Shown piece after piece: positions 17,976 through 28,714 of a stretch of 64,000 nt of DNA. How positions within the stretch are numbered: position 1 is the first letter of the stretch; every line of letters begins with the position of its first letter. The notes under the pieces are model-generated. The model saw only the letters and a program-made list of their open reading frames with translations. It was not told where the DNA came from and did not search any database. Source of the DNA: an uncultured Myxococcales bacterium (GTDB lineage: Bacteria > Myxococcota_A > UBA9160 > UBA4427); contig CBFDDD010000016.1 of the NCBI GenBank assembly GCA_965603475.1, forward strand, positions 75 to 64,074. Direction: 5' to 3'. Position numbers and translations under genes: made by a program.

Positions 17976-20805
17976 GGGTGAGACGATGGAAACGACGAGA
18001 ACCAAGAAGACCACCGGCCTGACGATCTCTCGCCATTTCACGAGCCCGGATGTCGACCCCTTCGATACGGTCGAATGGGAGATTCGCTCCGCAACGATCG
18101 CCAACGAGAAGGGCGAGAGCGTCTTTGAACAGAACGACGTCGAGATCCCGAAGAGCTGGTCCCAGCTCGCAACGAACGTCGTCGTCTCCAAGTATTTTCG
18201 CGGCCACGTCGGAACGCCAGGACGCGAGTACAGCGTTCGTCAGTTGATCGGGCGCGTTGTAGGGCGAATCCGGGAGTGGGGTGAAGAGGGCGGCTACTTC
18301 GCAACCGAGGAGGATGCACGCGCCTATGCGGACGAGCTGACCTATCTGCTGGTTCACCAGAAGATGGCCTTCAATAGCCCTGTCTGGTTCAACCTGGGCG
18401 TCGAGAATACCAAGCAGCAGGCGAGCGCTTGTTTCATCAACTCCGTCGAGGACACGATGGAGTCGATCATGGATCTGGCCAAGACCGAGGCCATGCTCTT
18501 CAAGGGCGGCTCGGGAGCAGGCAGCAACCTTTCGACGATCCGTTCCTCACGTGAGCAGCTCGCGGGTGGGGGCGTCGCATCGGGCCCGGTTTCGTTCATG
18601 CGCGGCTTCGATTCTTTTGCCGGCGTCATCAAATCAGGTGGCAAGACGCGCCGGGCGGCCAAGATGGTGATTCTGAACGTGGATCATCCCGATGTGATGG
18701 ACTTCATCGGCTGTAAGGCCTCCGAAGAGAAGAAGGCGTGGTCGCTGATCGAGGAGGGATACGACGGCGGGTTCAACGTACCCGGCGGAGCCTACGATTC
18801 GGTGTTCTTTCAGAATGCGAACCATTCCATTCGAGTCACCGACGAGTTCATGGGTGCGGCGGGAATCGGTGGGACGTGGGAGACGAAGGCCGTTACGAGC
18901 GGCGAAGTCGTCGATACGATGCGCGCGGACGAGGTTCTGCAAGAGATGGCCGATGCGGCCCATCTCTGTGGTGATCCTGGAATTCAATACGACTCCACGA
19001 TCAATCGTTGGAATCCGGTCAAGAATTCCGGTCGGATCAACTCCAGCAATCCCTGCTCCGAGTACATGTTCCTGGATGACACGGCCTGCAATCTGGCGAG
19101 CCTGAATCTGATGACGTTTCGCAATGAGGTGGGAGACTTCGAGGTCGAAGACTATCGGAAGGCAGCCGGCCTCACGATTCTCGGCCAGGAGATCCTCGTC
19201 GATTTTGCAGACTATCCAACGCCGCAGATCAAAGAGAATAGCCATCTCTATCGGCCGCTCGGTCTTGGCTACGCGAATCTTGGCGCGTTGCTGATGGCGA
19301 ATGGACTTCCATACGACAGCGTTAAGGGCCGCAATTTGTCGGCCGCGCTGACCTCGTTGATGTGTGGCGAGGCCTATCGGATGAGCGCGGAGATCGCCGA
19401 AGCGATGGGCCCGTTCTCCAGGTTCGAGGAGAACCGCAAGCCTTTCCTCGACGTCATCGAGATGCATCGAGATGCCGCTTATGCGACCCCGCCTTCGGGT
19501 GTGCCGGTGGATCTGATGAAGGCCTCGCGGCACGCCTGGGATGACGCTTACGAGCTTGGCGCGGAGCATGGATACAAGAACGGGCAGGTGACAGTACTTG
19601 CCCCGACAGGCACGATCGCATTCATGATGGACTGCGATACGACGGGCGTCGAGCCGGATATCGCGCTCGTCAAGTACAAGAAGCTCGTTGGGGGTGGCTT
19701 CCTCAAAATCGTGAATAACACGGTTCCGATGGCGCTGGCGAAGCTCGGGTACAGCGACAGTGAATCTGAAGCGATCATTGCCCACATCGACGAACGCGAA
19801 ACGATCGAGGGCGCGCCGGGTCTCAAGGACGAGCATCTTACCGTCTTCGATTGCGCGTTTCGAGCACAGAACGGCGTACGATCCATCGATTGGATGGGAC
19901 ACATCCGGATGATGGGTGCGGTTCAGCCCTTCCTTTCGGGCGCAATCTCGAAGACCGTGAATCTTCCTGAGGATGCCACCGTCGAGAACATCATGGAGGC
20001 CTACACGCAGGGTTGGAAGCTCGGTCTCAAGGCGCTTGCCGTCTATCGTGACGGCAGTAAGCGGACGCAACCCCTGAACGCTGGTCTCGACCAGAATGCG
20101 GATGCTGGGAAATCTGGTGACACCGACAATCTCGTCGAACTCGATCAGTACCGACCGCGGCGTCGCAAGCTCGACGATGAGCGCGAAGCGTTCACGCACA
20201 AATTCTCGATCGGGGGGCACGAGGGATACCTTACGACCGGCCTCTACGATGACGGACAGCCCGGCGAGATCTTCCTCAAGATGGCCAAAGAAGGAAGCAC
20301 CGTTTCGGGGTTGATGGACACGATCGCAACGATGACCTCGATCGCTCTTCAATACGGCGTTCCGCTGAAGGCATTGGTCGACAAGTTCAGCCATACGCGC
20401 TTCGAGCCTTCCGGGTTCACAGGGAACAAGCAGATTCCGATCGCAAAATCGATCACGGACTATGTTTTCCGGTACCTCGGAAATCGCTATCTCGAATCTG
20501 AGGAGACGACTTCGGCCGAGGTTTCGGACGAGACGGGAACGACAGTTCCGATCTTGTCTCTTCCCGTTCAGAAGGAGGGAGTCGGACAGGACGCCGCAAG
20601 CGCAACTCCGCCTCAGGCAGCTGGCGCGATCGCCGGTGGATCGGGAGACGCGACGACTTCCGCTTCAGCAGCCGCGGTCAACCTGGTCGGGAGCTTCGTG
20701 AATCAGGCGGACGCGCCGTCCTGTATGGATTGCGGCTCGATCATGATTCGAAATGGCGCTTGTTATAAGTGCCCGAATTGCGGAAGCACGAGCGGCTGCA
20801 GCTGA
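17914..20805 (+). CDS. nrdJ: Adenosylcobalamin-dependent (class II) ribonucleotide reductase
   Basis: Length and motifs of class II RNR: NSPVWFNLG, ASACFI, SNPCSEY, and the C-terminal zinc-ribbon CMDCGSIMIRNGACYKCPNCGS. GTG 17914 has GAGGGGGG upstream. ATG 17986 (METTRTKK) is an alternative start after the repeat array. Confidence 0.9.
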   Translation: MSEELTSDKSDKSDKSAESAEGETMETTRTKKTTGLTISRHFTSPDVDPFDTVEWEIRSATIANEKGESVFEQNDVEIPKSWSQLATNVVVSKYFRGHVGTPGREYSVRQLIGRVVGRIREWGEEGGYFATEEDARAYADELTYLLVHQKMAFNSPVWFNLGVENTKQQASACFINSVEDTMESIMDLAKTEAMLFKGGSGAGSNLSTIRSSREQLAGGGVASGPVSFMRGFDSFAGVIKSGGKTRRAAKMVILNVDHPDVMDFIGCKASEEKKAWSLIEEGYDGGFNVPGGAYDSVFFQNANHSIRVTDEFMGAAGIGGTWETKAVTSGEVVDTMRADEVLQEMADAAHLCGDPGIQYDSTINRWNPVKNSGRINSSNPCSEYMFLDDTACNLASLNLMTFRNEVGDFEVEDYRKAAGLTILGQEILVDFADYPTPQIKENSHLYRPLGLGYANLGALLMANGLPYDSVKGRNLSAALTSLMCGEAYRMSAEIAEAMGPFSRFEENRKPFLDVIEMHRDAAYATPPSGVPVDLMKASRHAWDDAYELGAEHGYKNGQVTVLAPTGTIAFMMDCDTTGVEPDIALVKYKKLVGGGFLKIVNNTVPMALAKLGYSDSESEAIIAHIDERETIEGAPGLKDEHLTVFDCAFRAQNGVRSIDWMGHIRMMGAVQPFLSGAISKTVNLPEDATVENIMEAYTQGWKLGLKALAVYRDGSKRTQPLNAGLDQNADAGKSGDTDNLVELDQYRPRRRKLDDEREAFTHKFSIGGHEGYLTTGLYDDGQPGEIFLKMAKEGSTVSGLMDTIATMTSIALQYGVPLKALVDKFSHTRFEPSGFTGNKQIPIAKSITDYVFRYLGNRYLESEETTSAEVSDETGTTVPILSLPVQKEGVGQDAASATPPQAAGAIAGGSGDATTSASAAAVNLVGSFVNQADAPSCMDCGSIMIRNGACYKCPNCGSTSGCS

Positions 20806-20837
20806 TCCTCTTGAAAGGGAGGCAAAGAGGGAGGCGA

Positions 20838-21869
20838 ATGCGCCGAACGACCGTGTTACGCGGGTTGATCTGGGCGGTTCTGTTCGTCTTCAGTACGGGT
20901 TGCATTACCGTCGACCTTCTGGGCGGAGGGGGGCCGGAGGCGCAGCTCGTCGAGACTGTCGTTCGAGGTGACGAGGGTCCGAAGATCCTACTGATCGAAA
21001 TCGATGGCGTGATCGGCATTTCGAACGACGTTGGTTCTCTCTTCGGAGAGGCTGAGTACAGCATGGTGGCCCGCGTCAAAGAGGTCCTCGACCTCGCTCG
21101 CCGCGACGATGATGTGAGCGCGTTGCTGCTGCGCATCGACAGTCCCGGGGGCACGGTGACTGCGAGCGAGCAGATCTATACCGAGATCAATCGTTATCGC
21201 AAAGAACGTCGCGTTCCGGTCATGGCGCAGTTTCTTGGGACTGCGACTTCGGGCGGTTATTACATCGCGATGGCCGCGGATGAGATTCAGGCACACCCGA
21301 CGACGGTCACGGGGTCGATCGGCGTGATCTTCTCGAGCCTCAGCTTCGCGGGTCTGATGGAGAAGCTCGGCGTCGAAGACCAGACCATCACAGCCGGCGT
21401 CTACAAAAATGCGGGCTCTCCGTATAGACGCCTCAGTGACGTCGAACGTGATCAATTCCAGTTGATTGTGGACGATCTTCATGCCCGCTTTCGTGAGATC
21501 GTAGTGATCGGGCGACCCGATCTCAGCTCCGACCAGGTCGCAACGCTCGCCGACGGGCGGATCTTTAGTGCTCAACAGGCGCTCGCGAACGGCCTCGTCG
21601 ATCGGATCGGGACTCTCGAGGACGCGGTGGGTGCGCTGGAGAAGCGTCTCGGTGTGCGACAATCACGCGTGGTGACCTATCACCGACCCCGGGAGATTCG
21701 ACGAAACCTGTATACGCGTGCGACGCTGGTTCCGTCGATCAGCGGGGGTGGCGGTCGTGAATTTTCGGCCGAAGCGTGGGCACTGAAGCGGCTCGAAAGC
21801 ATCCTTGCGCGCCCCGGATTCCAGTATCTCTGGTGGCCAGGACTCTCTGGGGCCTTCACCGGTCACTGA
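20838..21869 (+). CDS. sppA: Signal peptide peptidase SppA (36K type, S49)
   Basis: LLLRIDSPGGTVTASE and TGSIGV, with the N-terminal anchor LIWAVLFVFSTGC. ATG 20838 has GGGAGG upstream and avoids overlap with nrdJ. Confidence 0.8.
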   Translation: MRRTTVLRGLIWAVLFVFSTGCITVDLLGGGGPEAQLVETVVRGDEGPKILLIEIDGVIGISNDVGSLFGEAEYSMVARVKEVLDLARRDDDVSALLLRIDSPGGTVTASEQIYTEINRYRKERRVPVMAQFLGTATSGGYYIAMAADEIQAHPTTVTGSIGVIFSSLSFAGLMEKLGVEDQTITAGVYKNAGSPYRRLSDVERDQFQLIVDDLHARFREIVVIGRPDLSSDQVATLADGRIFSAQQALANGLVDRIGTLEDAVGALEKRLGVRQSRVVTYHRPREIRRNLYTRATLVPSISGGGGREFSAEAWALKRLESILARPGFQYLWWPGLSGAFTGH

Positions 21870-21886
21870 GGGCATTGGCTCGGCCT

Positions 21887-23584
21887 CTACATCTGAGTGT
21901 AGTCGGGTCCTTCTCCGCCCTGAGGAGTCGTCCAGGTGATGATCTGGTATGGATCCGCGATGTCACACGTCTTGCAGTGGACGCAGTTCTCGTGATGGAT
22001 GAAGAGTTCTTTCTCACCGGGCTTGCCAGACACGTCGACCATTTCGTAAACGGCCGCGGGACAGAATTTTTCGCACGGATTCCCATAGTCTCTTAGACAG
22101 CTCGTCGAACACACATTCGTGTCTGCGACCTTGAGATGTGGCTGCTGATCCGCTTCGTGTTGGGTGCCGGAGAATCCGACCAGATGCTCCTTCGAGAATG
22201 TGAGGACGCCATCGGGTTCGAAGGGCGGCGGGTTGCGCCGTTCCTTCGGGAGTTCCCAGATCTTCTTCATGACAGTATGACCGGGCTCCGTCTTGATGAA
22301 GGGGATGAGCCCGCGTCCTTTGGTGATCAGCATCAAAGGGATATTGATCAGCATTCCGAAGAGTGGCGAGATTTCGTTGGAGCCCGTGAAATTTCGCGCT
22401 TCCATGTGCTCCTCGTAGGCCCAGCTGTCCTTGAACAGCTCTGCGTAGTTGCCGAGGGTCTTCGTGCTGAAGTCATCGATTTTGAGCGCATCCACCAGGG
22501 TCTCGGCCGCCAGCATTCCTGTCTTGATGGCCATGTGAACGCCGGCCAGCTTCATGATGTTGAGCATGGAAGCTGAGTCACCGACCAGCATCGCGCCATT
22601 CGTGTACAGCTTGGGCTGTGCGTGGATCCCGCCCGTTGGGATGCATTTTGCTCCGTATCGAACGAGCTCGGCGCCATCTAGTAGGTCGCGCATGAACGGT
22701 GAATCGCGTTTGAATTCCTGTGCTGCGCGATGCGGATCGTTATTCGGATCTTCACTCGCGAGGGGAGTGACAAAACCGTACGTGATCAGATCGTCCTTCA
22801 TGTCGTAGAGAAACATTCCGTTGATCTGCCCGAAGAAATCCGGAAACATCGAGCCGTGAACGACACGTCCGGGCTGGTGCTTCTCGGGCTTGACGCGCCA
22901 GATTTCCTTGACGCCAGTCTCGAATGTCTGAGGATTTTTTCCGTGCATGTCGAAACGGTCGATCAACTGCTTCGACATCGATCCGCGTACGCCTTCGCCG
23001 AGAATCGTGCACTTCGCAATGATGTCCATGCCGGGTTGATAGTTGGCCTTCGGCTTTCCGTCCTTGCCAATCCCCATGTCGCCGGTTCGAACACCGACCA
23101 CGCGATCGCCCTCTGTCAGGATTTCGGCGCCGGCAAAGCCCGGGTAGATTTCGATACCGACCTCTTCGCATTTCTCGGCGAGCCATTTCACGATATTCGA
23201 GAGGGAGGTGACGTGATAACCCTTCTTCTTGAACATCGGCGGCGTGATCGGGGATTTGATGGTGCCCTTGCGGGTGAAGAGCCAGAAATAGTCTTTTTCG
23301 CAGACGTATTCTGTCGGGAAGCCCTGCTCGACGAAGTCGGGCATCAACTCCTTGATCGCACGGGGATTCATGACGCAGCCGGAAAGCTGGTGATCACCGA
23401 CGCCGGCCGCCTTTTCGATGACGAGAATCGTCGGGGGCTCGATGGGGGCCTCGCCCGTCTTTTCGCAGGCTTCGTTGTGGGCCTCGACTTGCTTGACCAG
23501 ATGGTACGCGGAGGCGAGGGTCGCAGGTCCCGCTCCGACGTACAGGATATCGACTTCCATGCTCTCGCGTTCGGGCTCGGTCAT
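21887..23584 (-). CDS. Electron-transfer flavoprotein:ubiquinone oxidoreductase (ETF-QO)
   Basis: FAD motif VDILYVGAGPATLASA and C-terminal Fe-S region CEKFCPAAVYEM...HCKTCDIADP. ATG 23584 (MTEPERES) has AAAGGA upstream. The ORF-track N-terminal 66 aa look non-coding. Confidence 0.85.
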   Translation of the reverse strand: MTEPERESMEVDILYVGAGPATLASAYHLVKQVEAHNEACEKTGEAPIEPPTILVIEKAAGVGDHQLSGCVMNPRAIKELMPDFVEQGFPTEYVCEKDYFWLFTRKGTIKSPITPPMFKKKGYHVTSLSNIVKWLAEKCEEVGIEIYPGFAGAEILTEGDRVVGVRTGDMGIGKDGKPKANYQPGMDIIAKCTILGEGVRGSMSKQLIDRFDMHGKNPQTFETGVKEIWRVKPEKHQPGRVVHGSMFPDFFGQINGMFLYDMKDDLITYGFVTPLASEDPNNDPHRAAQEFKRDSPFMRDLLDGAELVRYGAKCIPTGGIHAQPKLYTNGAMLVGDSASMLNIMKLAGVHMAIKTGMLAAETLVDALKIDDFSTKTLGNYAELFKDSWAYEEHMEARNFTGSNEISPLFGMLINIPLMLITKGRGLIPFIKTEPGHTVMKKIWELPKERRNPPPFEPDGVLTFSKEHLVGFSGTQHEADQQPHLKVADTNVCSTSCLRDYGNPCEKFCPAAVYEMVDVSGKPGEKELFIHHENCVHCKTCDIADPYQIITWTTPQGGEGPDYTQM

Positions 23585-23874
23585 CGCTGATTTTCCTTTC
23601 CAGAGGCGGTACTTGCCGATTTTTTGTTCGGGCGGAACGTAGGAGAAGGCCGCTCTCCGAACAACCGATACGGGCGGCTCAGCAGCAGCGAAGAGTTGCA
23701 CATTCCCCTGGGGATCGCGGGTTCGCCGCTGCGTGATCCAGCCACTGATTCGAAGGGGCGATAGGTCCTTCATCGGTTCCATTGGCCGGCCGATTCCGCC
23801 ATTCTATTCTCGACCGGCCCGTGTGGGCAGCAAAAGTCCGGTGTAATCCGGTGTCTGCGAGTCAAGGATCCGAA

Positions 23875-24858
23875 ATGAGCCCCTCGAATCGCTATGCCGA
23901 TGATCGATCGATTCAGTCGAGGGATATTTCGAATTTCGTTCAGCTGCTGCGAGAATTTCTGACGGCGCATGCGGAGCTTCGCGGAATCTTCTCCGAGCAC
24001 GCGGAAGACAATATCCCCTTTGCGAAAATTCGGGCTCTGGTCGGCGACGATGATCGCGCTGTCCTGTTCCGGCTGAAACAAAAGAGCCACAAACTCTTTC
24101 GAGCCCATGGGATCGCTACGCGGGCCGTTCGGCGAGAAGCGCTCTTCGATCTTGCCGTGGGTTCGCTCTTTCACGAGGCGATGAAGCTTCGCGAGACGCT
24201 CTATCAACGCGAGGTCTACGCACCGCGGGTCGCATCACTGCGCGAAGCGGCGGACGAGGAATCGGACGAACTCTTCGATGAGTTCGATCGAATTCTAGAA
24301 AGCAGTGTGTCTCGACTGGGCGAGGTCGTCTCCGAAGTGCGAGCCCTGCTCGTTCAGACTCGAGATCAATTGCGACGTCTACTCGTCGAGCGTTCGGGGG
24401 ACAGGGTGGTCACGCGCTGTCTGCTGAGCCGCCGCGAACAGGTGGATGCCGTTTTCCCGGAGGGCTTCATGGGGGTCCTCGAGGCAATGCATGGCAACAC
24501 GGTCACGGGTCTCGTCGAAGGCGCTCGAGCGCTCCTCGAGAGCGCCTACTTCGAGGAAGCGGCCGACGCACTTCGCGAGGCGGGCCTGGATACCAATGCG
24601 CCGCGCGCCGAATTGGAACAACTCAGGCTCTACGCCAATGGTATGCAGGCCTTCCTGAACGGGGACTATGCGACGAGCATCGCAACGCTCGACGTCTGGG
24701 CCAATCTGGGCGCCCACGACCAGGAGCGGGATTTCGCGCGCCTGGCCGCGTCGGTTCTTGGTCGTCTCGGTCGACTCGTCGAAGACGACGAGGAGGGCGC
24801 CGCACTCGTGGATAGCGCCAAACAACTTCAGCTTCGACTGGAGTCAACCTCGGTGTGA
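23875..24858 (+). CDS. Hypothetical helical protein
   Basis: Consistent codon usage and a helical Leu/Glu/Arg-rich sequence. ATG 23875 is preceded by AGGAT. No motif recognised. Confidence 0.5.
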   Translation: MSPSNRYADDRSIQSRDISNFVQLLREFLTAHAELRGIFSEHAEDNIPFAKIRALVGDDDRAVLFRLKQKSHKLFRAHGIATRAVRREALFDLAVGSLFHEAMKLRETLYQREVYAPRVASLREAADEESDELFDEFDRILESSVSRLGEVVSEVRALLVQTRDQLRRLLVERSGDRVVTRCLLSRREQVDAVFPEGFMGVLEAMHGNTVTGLVEGARALLESAYFEEAADALREAGLDTNAPRAELEQLRLYANGMQAFLNGDYATSIATLDVWANLGAHDQERDFARLAASVLGRLGRLVEDDEEGAALVDSAKQLQLRLESTSV

Positions 24859-25598
24859 ACTGCTGAAGCCCCGCGAGCTCGAACGAGCAGAATCGCGCCG
24901 AAGAGAACAAGCCCAACGCCAATCCATTGCGCTTCGGAAAGATCGAGTGCGACGCGAGCATTCAGCCGCCAGTGTTCGACGACGGTGCGCCCGATGCCGT
25001 TCAGGATCAGATACTCGCCCATCAGTGAGGGGCTTTTCTTGCGTCTTTGCCACAGGTACAGGGTGACCAGGAAGAGCCAGGCGGACTCATAGATCTGGGT
25101 CGGATGGACTGCGTAGTAGACCGGCGGCAATCCCTGCGGAAACGCGATGCCCCACGGAAGATCTGTCGCGCGTCCATAGTCGTCGCCGACCAGGAGGCAG
25201 CCGATTCGCCCGATCGCCTGGCCGATCGCGAGCGAAATGGCGCAGGCATTTGCAAAGGCCACCACCGGGATCTTGTAGAATCGACAGCCGGCATAGCCCG
25301 CAAGCGCTCCGCCGATCAGCCCGCCGTAAAAAACCATGCCTGCCCGAGAAAAGAGGGAGGACCAGAATTCGGCTTCGCCACGCAATGAAAAATCGGTTGC
25401 GTAGTAGAGCTTGGCGCCGAGAACGCCGCCAAACATGATCCAGGTCAGCATGTTGGCAGCGTCGTCGGGGTCGAGACCCTCTTCGGACATCCGCGGAATC
25501 GCGATCCAATATCCGACCAGGAAAGCGACAGCCATCGCCGCACCAAAACTGCTGACCGGCCAATCTAGAAACGGAATTGTAAAGAGTTCCGGATACAT
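24828..25598 (-). CDS. lgt: Prolipoprotein diacylglyceryl transferase
   Basis: N-terminal MYPELFTIPFL, YGGLIGG and GRIGCLLVGDDYG; multi-TM. Confidence 0.9.
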   Translation of the reverse strand: MYPELFTIPFLDWPVSSFGAAMAVAFLVGYWIAIPRMSEEGLDPDDAANMLTWIMFGGVLGAKLYYATDFSLRGEAEFWSSLFSRAGMVFYGGLIGGALAGYAGCRFYKIPVVAFANACAISLAIGQAIGRIGCLLVGDDYGRATDLPWGIAFPQGLPPVYYAVHPTQIYESAWLFLVTLYLWQRRKKSPSLMGEYLILNGIGRTVVEHWRLNARVALDLSEAQWIGVGLVLFGAILLVRARGASAVHTEVDSSRS

Positions 25599-25724
25599 CG
25601 AGTCCCCCGCATAGCGCAGCGCGCACGGTACGCGAAGGCCATAGCCAGGGCAAACGACATGGAAGCGCTCCGGCGTGAAGCCTTCGGTGGAGATTCCTCG
25701 GTCTTCCGTCGTTTCTGCCGGGGG

Positions 25725-27002
25725 TCAGCCCTTCGGCAACCAGACGAAGAAGCGAGCTCCGGCGTCCAGATCGCTCTCGACCCAGACTCGACCCGAATGC
25801 GCCTCGACGATCTTCTTGACGATCGCGAGGCCGAGTCCGCTCGTCTGATTGCGGTTATCGGGCCTACTCGCCGTCTCGTAGGCTTCAAAGATTCGATCGC
25901 GATCTTCGAGGGGGATGCCGGGTCCGCTGTCGCTGACCGTGATTTGCCAGCCATCCGACACGGTCTCGACCCCGACGTCGATCTGGCCCTTCGTCTCCAC
26001 CTGCATGTGCTGAATGGCGTTCCCGATCAGGTTCGAAAAGAGTTGATAGAGCCGCGTTCGATCACACAGGATGGTCGGGGGATCCTCGGGCAGGTGTAGC
26101 TCGATATTTTTCTCGTCGAGCTGCGGTTTCAGTTGCGAGAGCAGTTGCTGCAGGATCGGAGCCGGGTTGACGTGAACGCGACAATGCGAGGTCTCTTCGA
26201 TTCGAGAGAGCTCGAACATGTCGTGCAGAAGTTGTTTCATGTGTCGCCCGGCCTTCTCGATTCGATCGAGAAAATGTAGACCGGCTTCGCCCAGGGCCTC
26301 GTGGTAGTCGTCGCGAAGAAGTCGGGAGAATCCGAGCAGCGAGACGAGTGGCGATCGCAAATCATGCGACACGCTTCGCACGTAGGTTTCGAGTTCTTCG
26401 TTCTTCTGTTCGAGGGATTCGTTCGTTTCGTGGCGATCCGCGACGCAGATGACGAGTTCGTTTCCGACCGAATCGCGCACGGGAAACGCGCTGACCACGA
26501 GTGGAAGGGCGGTGCCGTTCTGTCGGAGGTCGAACCGCGCACCGGAGACTCTTTTCCGGGCAACCATTTCATCGACGAACTGCTGTTTCTGGTCGGTAAA
26601 GCCTGCGACATCATTGGGCCAGATGTCGTCCAACAGGGACGAAGCAGGCCTTCCGATCGCTGTTGCCCCACCGCCGAGAACGATGCCTAGATCGTCGCTC
26701 AACCAGACCACGCGGAGTTTGGAATCAACGGCCAGTACGAACGAGTGCGGACCCGTGAGGCCATCGAGCATCGATGTGGTCGCGGCATCGGGGAGCGCAA
26801 TCTTGGCTACTTCCCGAAGGCGACCGTGCGAAACCGCCTCAACGGAATTTCGTTCTCGTTGGCCCACGACGTCGGCCCTCTCCAGATCGAAGCAATGCGG
26901 GTTGGGAAGCCCACCCGAGTGTCTAATGGCGATCCTACCAGGGAAGGAGTCGTGAGTGAAGCAAAACCGATTCGATCGAGTCTGGATTCGTGGATGGCCC
27001 AT
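25725..27002 (-). CDS. PAS-domain sensor histidine kinase (canonical); start uncertain
   Basis: H-box VSHDLRSPLVSLLGF, N-box LIGNAIQH, G1 VSDSGPGIP and G2 SGLGLAIVKKIV. Confidence 0.85.
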   Translation of the reverse strand: MGHPRIQTRSNRFCFTHDSFPGRIAIRHSGGLPNPHCFDLERADVVGQRERNSVEAVSHGRLREVAKIALPDAATTSMLDGLTGPHSFVLAVDSKLRVVWLSDDLGIVLGGGATAIGRPASSLLDDIWPNDVAGFTDQKQQFVDEMVARKRVSGARFDLRQNGTALPLVVSAFPVRDSVGNELVICVADRHETNESLEQKNEELETYVRSVSHDLRSPLVSLLGFSRLLRDDYHEALGEAGLHFLDRIEKAGRHMKQLLHDMFELSRIEETSHCRVHVNPAPILQQLLSQLKPQLDEKNIELHLPEDPPTILCDRTRLYQLFSNLIGNAIQHMQVETKGQIDVGVETVSDGWQITVSDSGPGIPLEDRDRIFEAYETASRPDNRNQTSGLGLAIVKKIVEAHSGRVWVESDLDAGARFFVWLPKG

Positions 27003-27126
27003 CGCTTCGGGCGTCGGTATCCTGCAGGACTCACGATTTCACTGCATCTTCACGACACCCTCAGCTGGCTAATGGGCAGTGCTTCGATGTTTCTTCTGAT
27101 GGTCCGTCAACTATGGATCAGCGCAG

Positions 27127-27801
27127 TTGCCGCATGGATCGATAGGGCTTCAAACTTCGCACGACGATCATGGGGAAAACCGAGTGGGCCAACAGGACGA
27201 AAACGAGAATCGCCTGTCGGCGAGGCGTTCGCCGCTCTCGACACGCTCGCGCCGTGTGGGAACGTGGGGCCTGGTGCTCCTCGGTGGCTTGCTCATTCTG
27301 GACGGCCCATTCGCGCAATTGGGTGGAGACGAGACCTCCAGTTCGGTCCTGCACGAGTCCGATGGCGTTCGGTCGGCGATCACTGCGGCCTTGGTGGCGC
27401 ATTTGAATGACCGAAACTCCTCTCTGTCCGTGGAGGAGCAACGGCGTGTCATCGAAGCTGTCCTGCGCAGTAGCCGTCGATATGGACTTGATCCTTTCCT
27501 CGTGATTGCGGTTCTTCTCGTCGAGAGTGATGCAAGGCCATGGGCCGAGAGCGGGAAGGGCGCGATCGGGTTGATGCAGGTGATGCCCTATATGGCAGAG
27601 AAGCTGCCGCTGGCCGGAAATCTGACGACGATCGAAAGTAATGTCGACGCCGGATGTTTCATCCTGGCGGACAATATCCGTCGCCTTGGAGAGGCGAAGG
27701 GGATATCCAGCTATTTCTGGGGTCGCCGGATTCGCGGTGTCGCTTATCTCGAGAAGGTTCAGGAAACGCGGGCGCGGGTGCGCAAAGCGAGTCATTCCTG
27801 A
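27127..27801 (+). CDS. Lytic transglycosylase (SLT domain)
   Basis: N-terminal TM WGLVLLGGLLIL, the catalytic Glu in LLVESD, and AIGLMQVMP. Confidence 0.75.
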   Translation: MPHGSIGLQTSHDDHGENRVGQQDENENRLSARRSPLSTRSRRVGTWGLVLLGGLLILDGPFAQLGGDETSSSVLHESDGVRSAITAALVAHLNDRNSSLSVEEQRRVIEAVLRSSRRYGLDPFLVIAVLLVESDARPWAESGKGAIGLMQVMPYMAEKLPLAGNLTTIESNVDAGCFILADNIRRLGEAKGISSYFWGRRIRGVAYLEKVQETRARVRKASHS

Positions 27802-28662
27802 ATGCGAAACGAAATCTGGCGGCGTGAAACCCAGGTCCAGCTCTCCGATGCCGGGGATCGCTACCGGCGATCGTGGTTGCCGTCCGATCAGCCGAGCCGA
27901 GCGATGGTGATCGTTCACGGTTATGCAGAACACACGGGTCGATACGACGAGATGGCGATGCATTTCGCTGAACGTGGATTCGCAGTGCATGCCTATGATC
28001 AGGCGGGACACGGGCGGACGGCGGGGCCCAGAGGTCATGTAGATCGTTTCGATCGCCTGGTCGACGAACTCGCGGAATTCGTCGAACTCGTTCGGCTCGA
28101 CCATCCCGGCTTGCCGCTCACGCTCGTTGGCCACAGTATGGGTGGGCTCGTGGTCGCTGCGACGGCGGCCTTCCGGAATCCGGAGGTGGAACACATCGTA
28201 TTGTCGGGTGCTCTGCTTCAGCTCGGAGGAGACAGTGCTGGGCTCCGGCAATCGATCAGTCTCGGAATCGCACGAATCGTGGCCGTGTTCGCGCCGCGTG
28301 TCGCCCTTTCTACCGGACTCGACCTGCAGGGGTTGTCGCGGGATCCCGAAGTCATCAGACGTTACGAGCAGGATCCGTTCGTAAAAGACCGGATGTCCGT
28401 TCGCTTCGCGGCAGGAATGAGTTCGATGGTTTCGGCGGTACGCGGAGCGAGCGAGCGAATCGAGCGGCCGATCATGATTCTTCATGGCGGGGCAGATCCG
28501 ATCAGTCCACCGGCCGGAAGTCGGTACCTGCACGCGGGGCTGGAAGAGAAGATTGCGACGAAGAGCGAGCTTCAGATCTATCCAGAACTCAGACACGAAA
28601 TATTTCAAGAGCCGGAGCGCGAGCGGGTCTGGGGGGACATGCTGCAATGGCTCGAGTCCTGA
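27802..28662 (+). CDS. Alpha/beta hydrolase (lysophospholipase/monoacylglycerol lipase-like)
   Basis: HGYAEH, nucleophile elbow GHSMGG, and the HGGADP...HEIF triad region. The ATG immediately follows the upstream TGA. Confidence 0.8.
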   Translation: MRNEIWRRETQVQLSDAGDRYRRSWLPSDQPSRAMVIVHGYAEHTGRYDEMAMHFAERGFAVHAYDQAGHGRTAGPRGHVDRFDRLVDELAEFVELVRLDHPGLPLTLVGHSMGGLVVAATAAFRNPEVEHIVLSGALLQLGGDSAGLRQSISLGIARIVAVFAPRVALSTGLDLQGLSRDPEVIRRYEQDPFVKDRMSVRFAAGMSSMVSAVRGASERIERPIMILHGGADPISPPAGSRYLHAGLEEKIATKSELQIYPELRHEIFQEPERERVWGDMLQWLES

Positions 28663-28714
28663 ACGACGACTTGACCGACGACCCGACCGATGATCAACAG
28701 GGAGCGAGAAGAGC

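Noticed and set aside
18634-20394. 586-aa ORF on the minus strand
   Set aside because: It lies entirely antisense to nrdJ, whose identity is unambiguous. No motifs.
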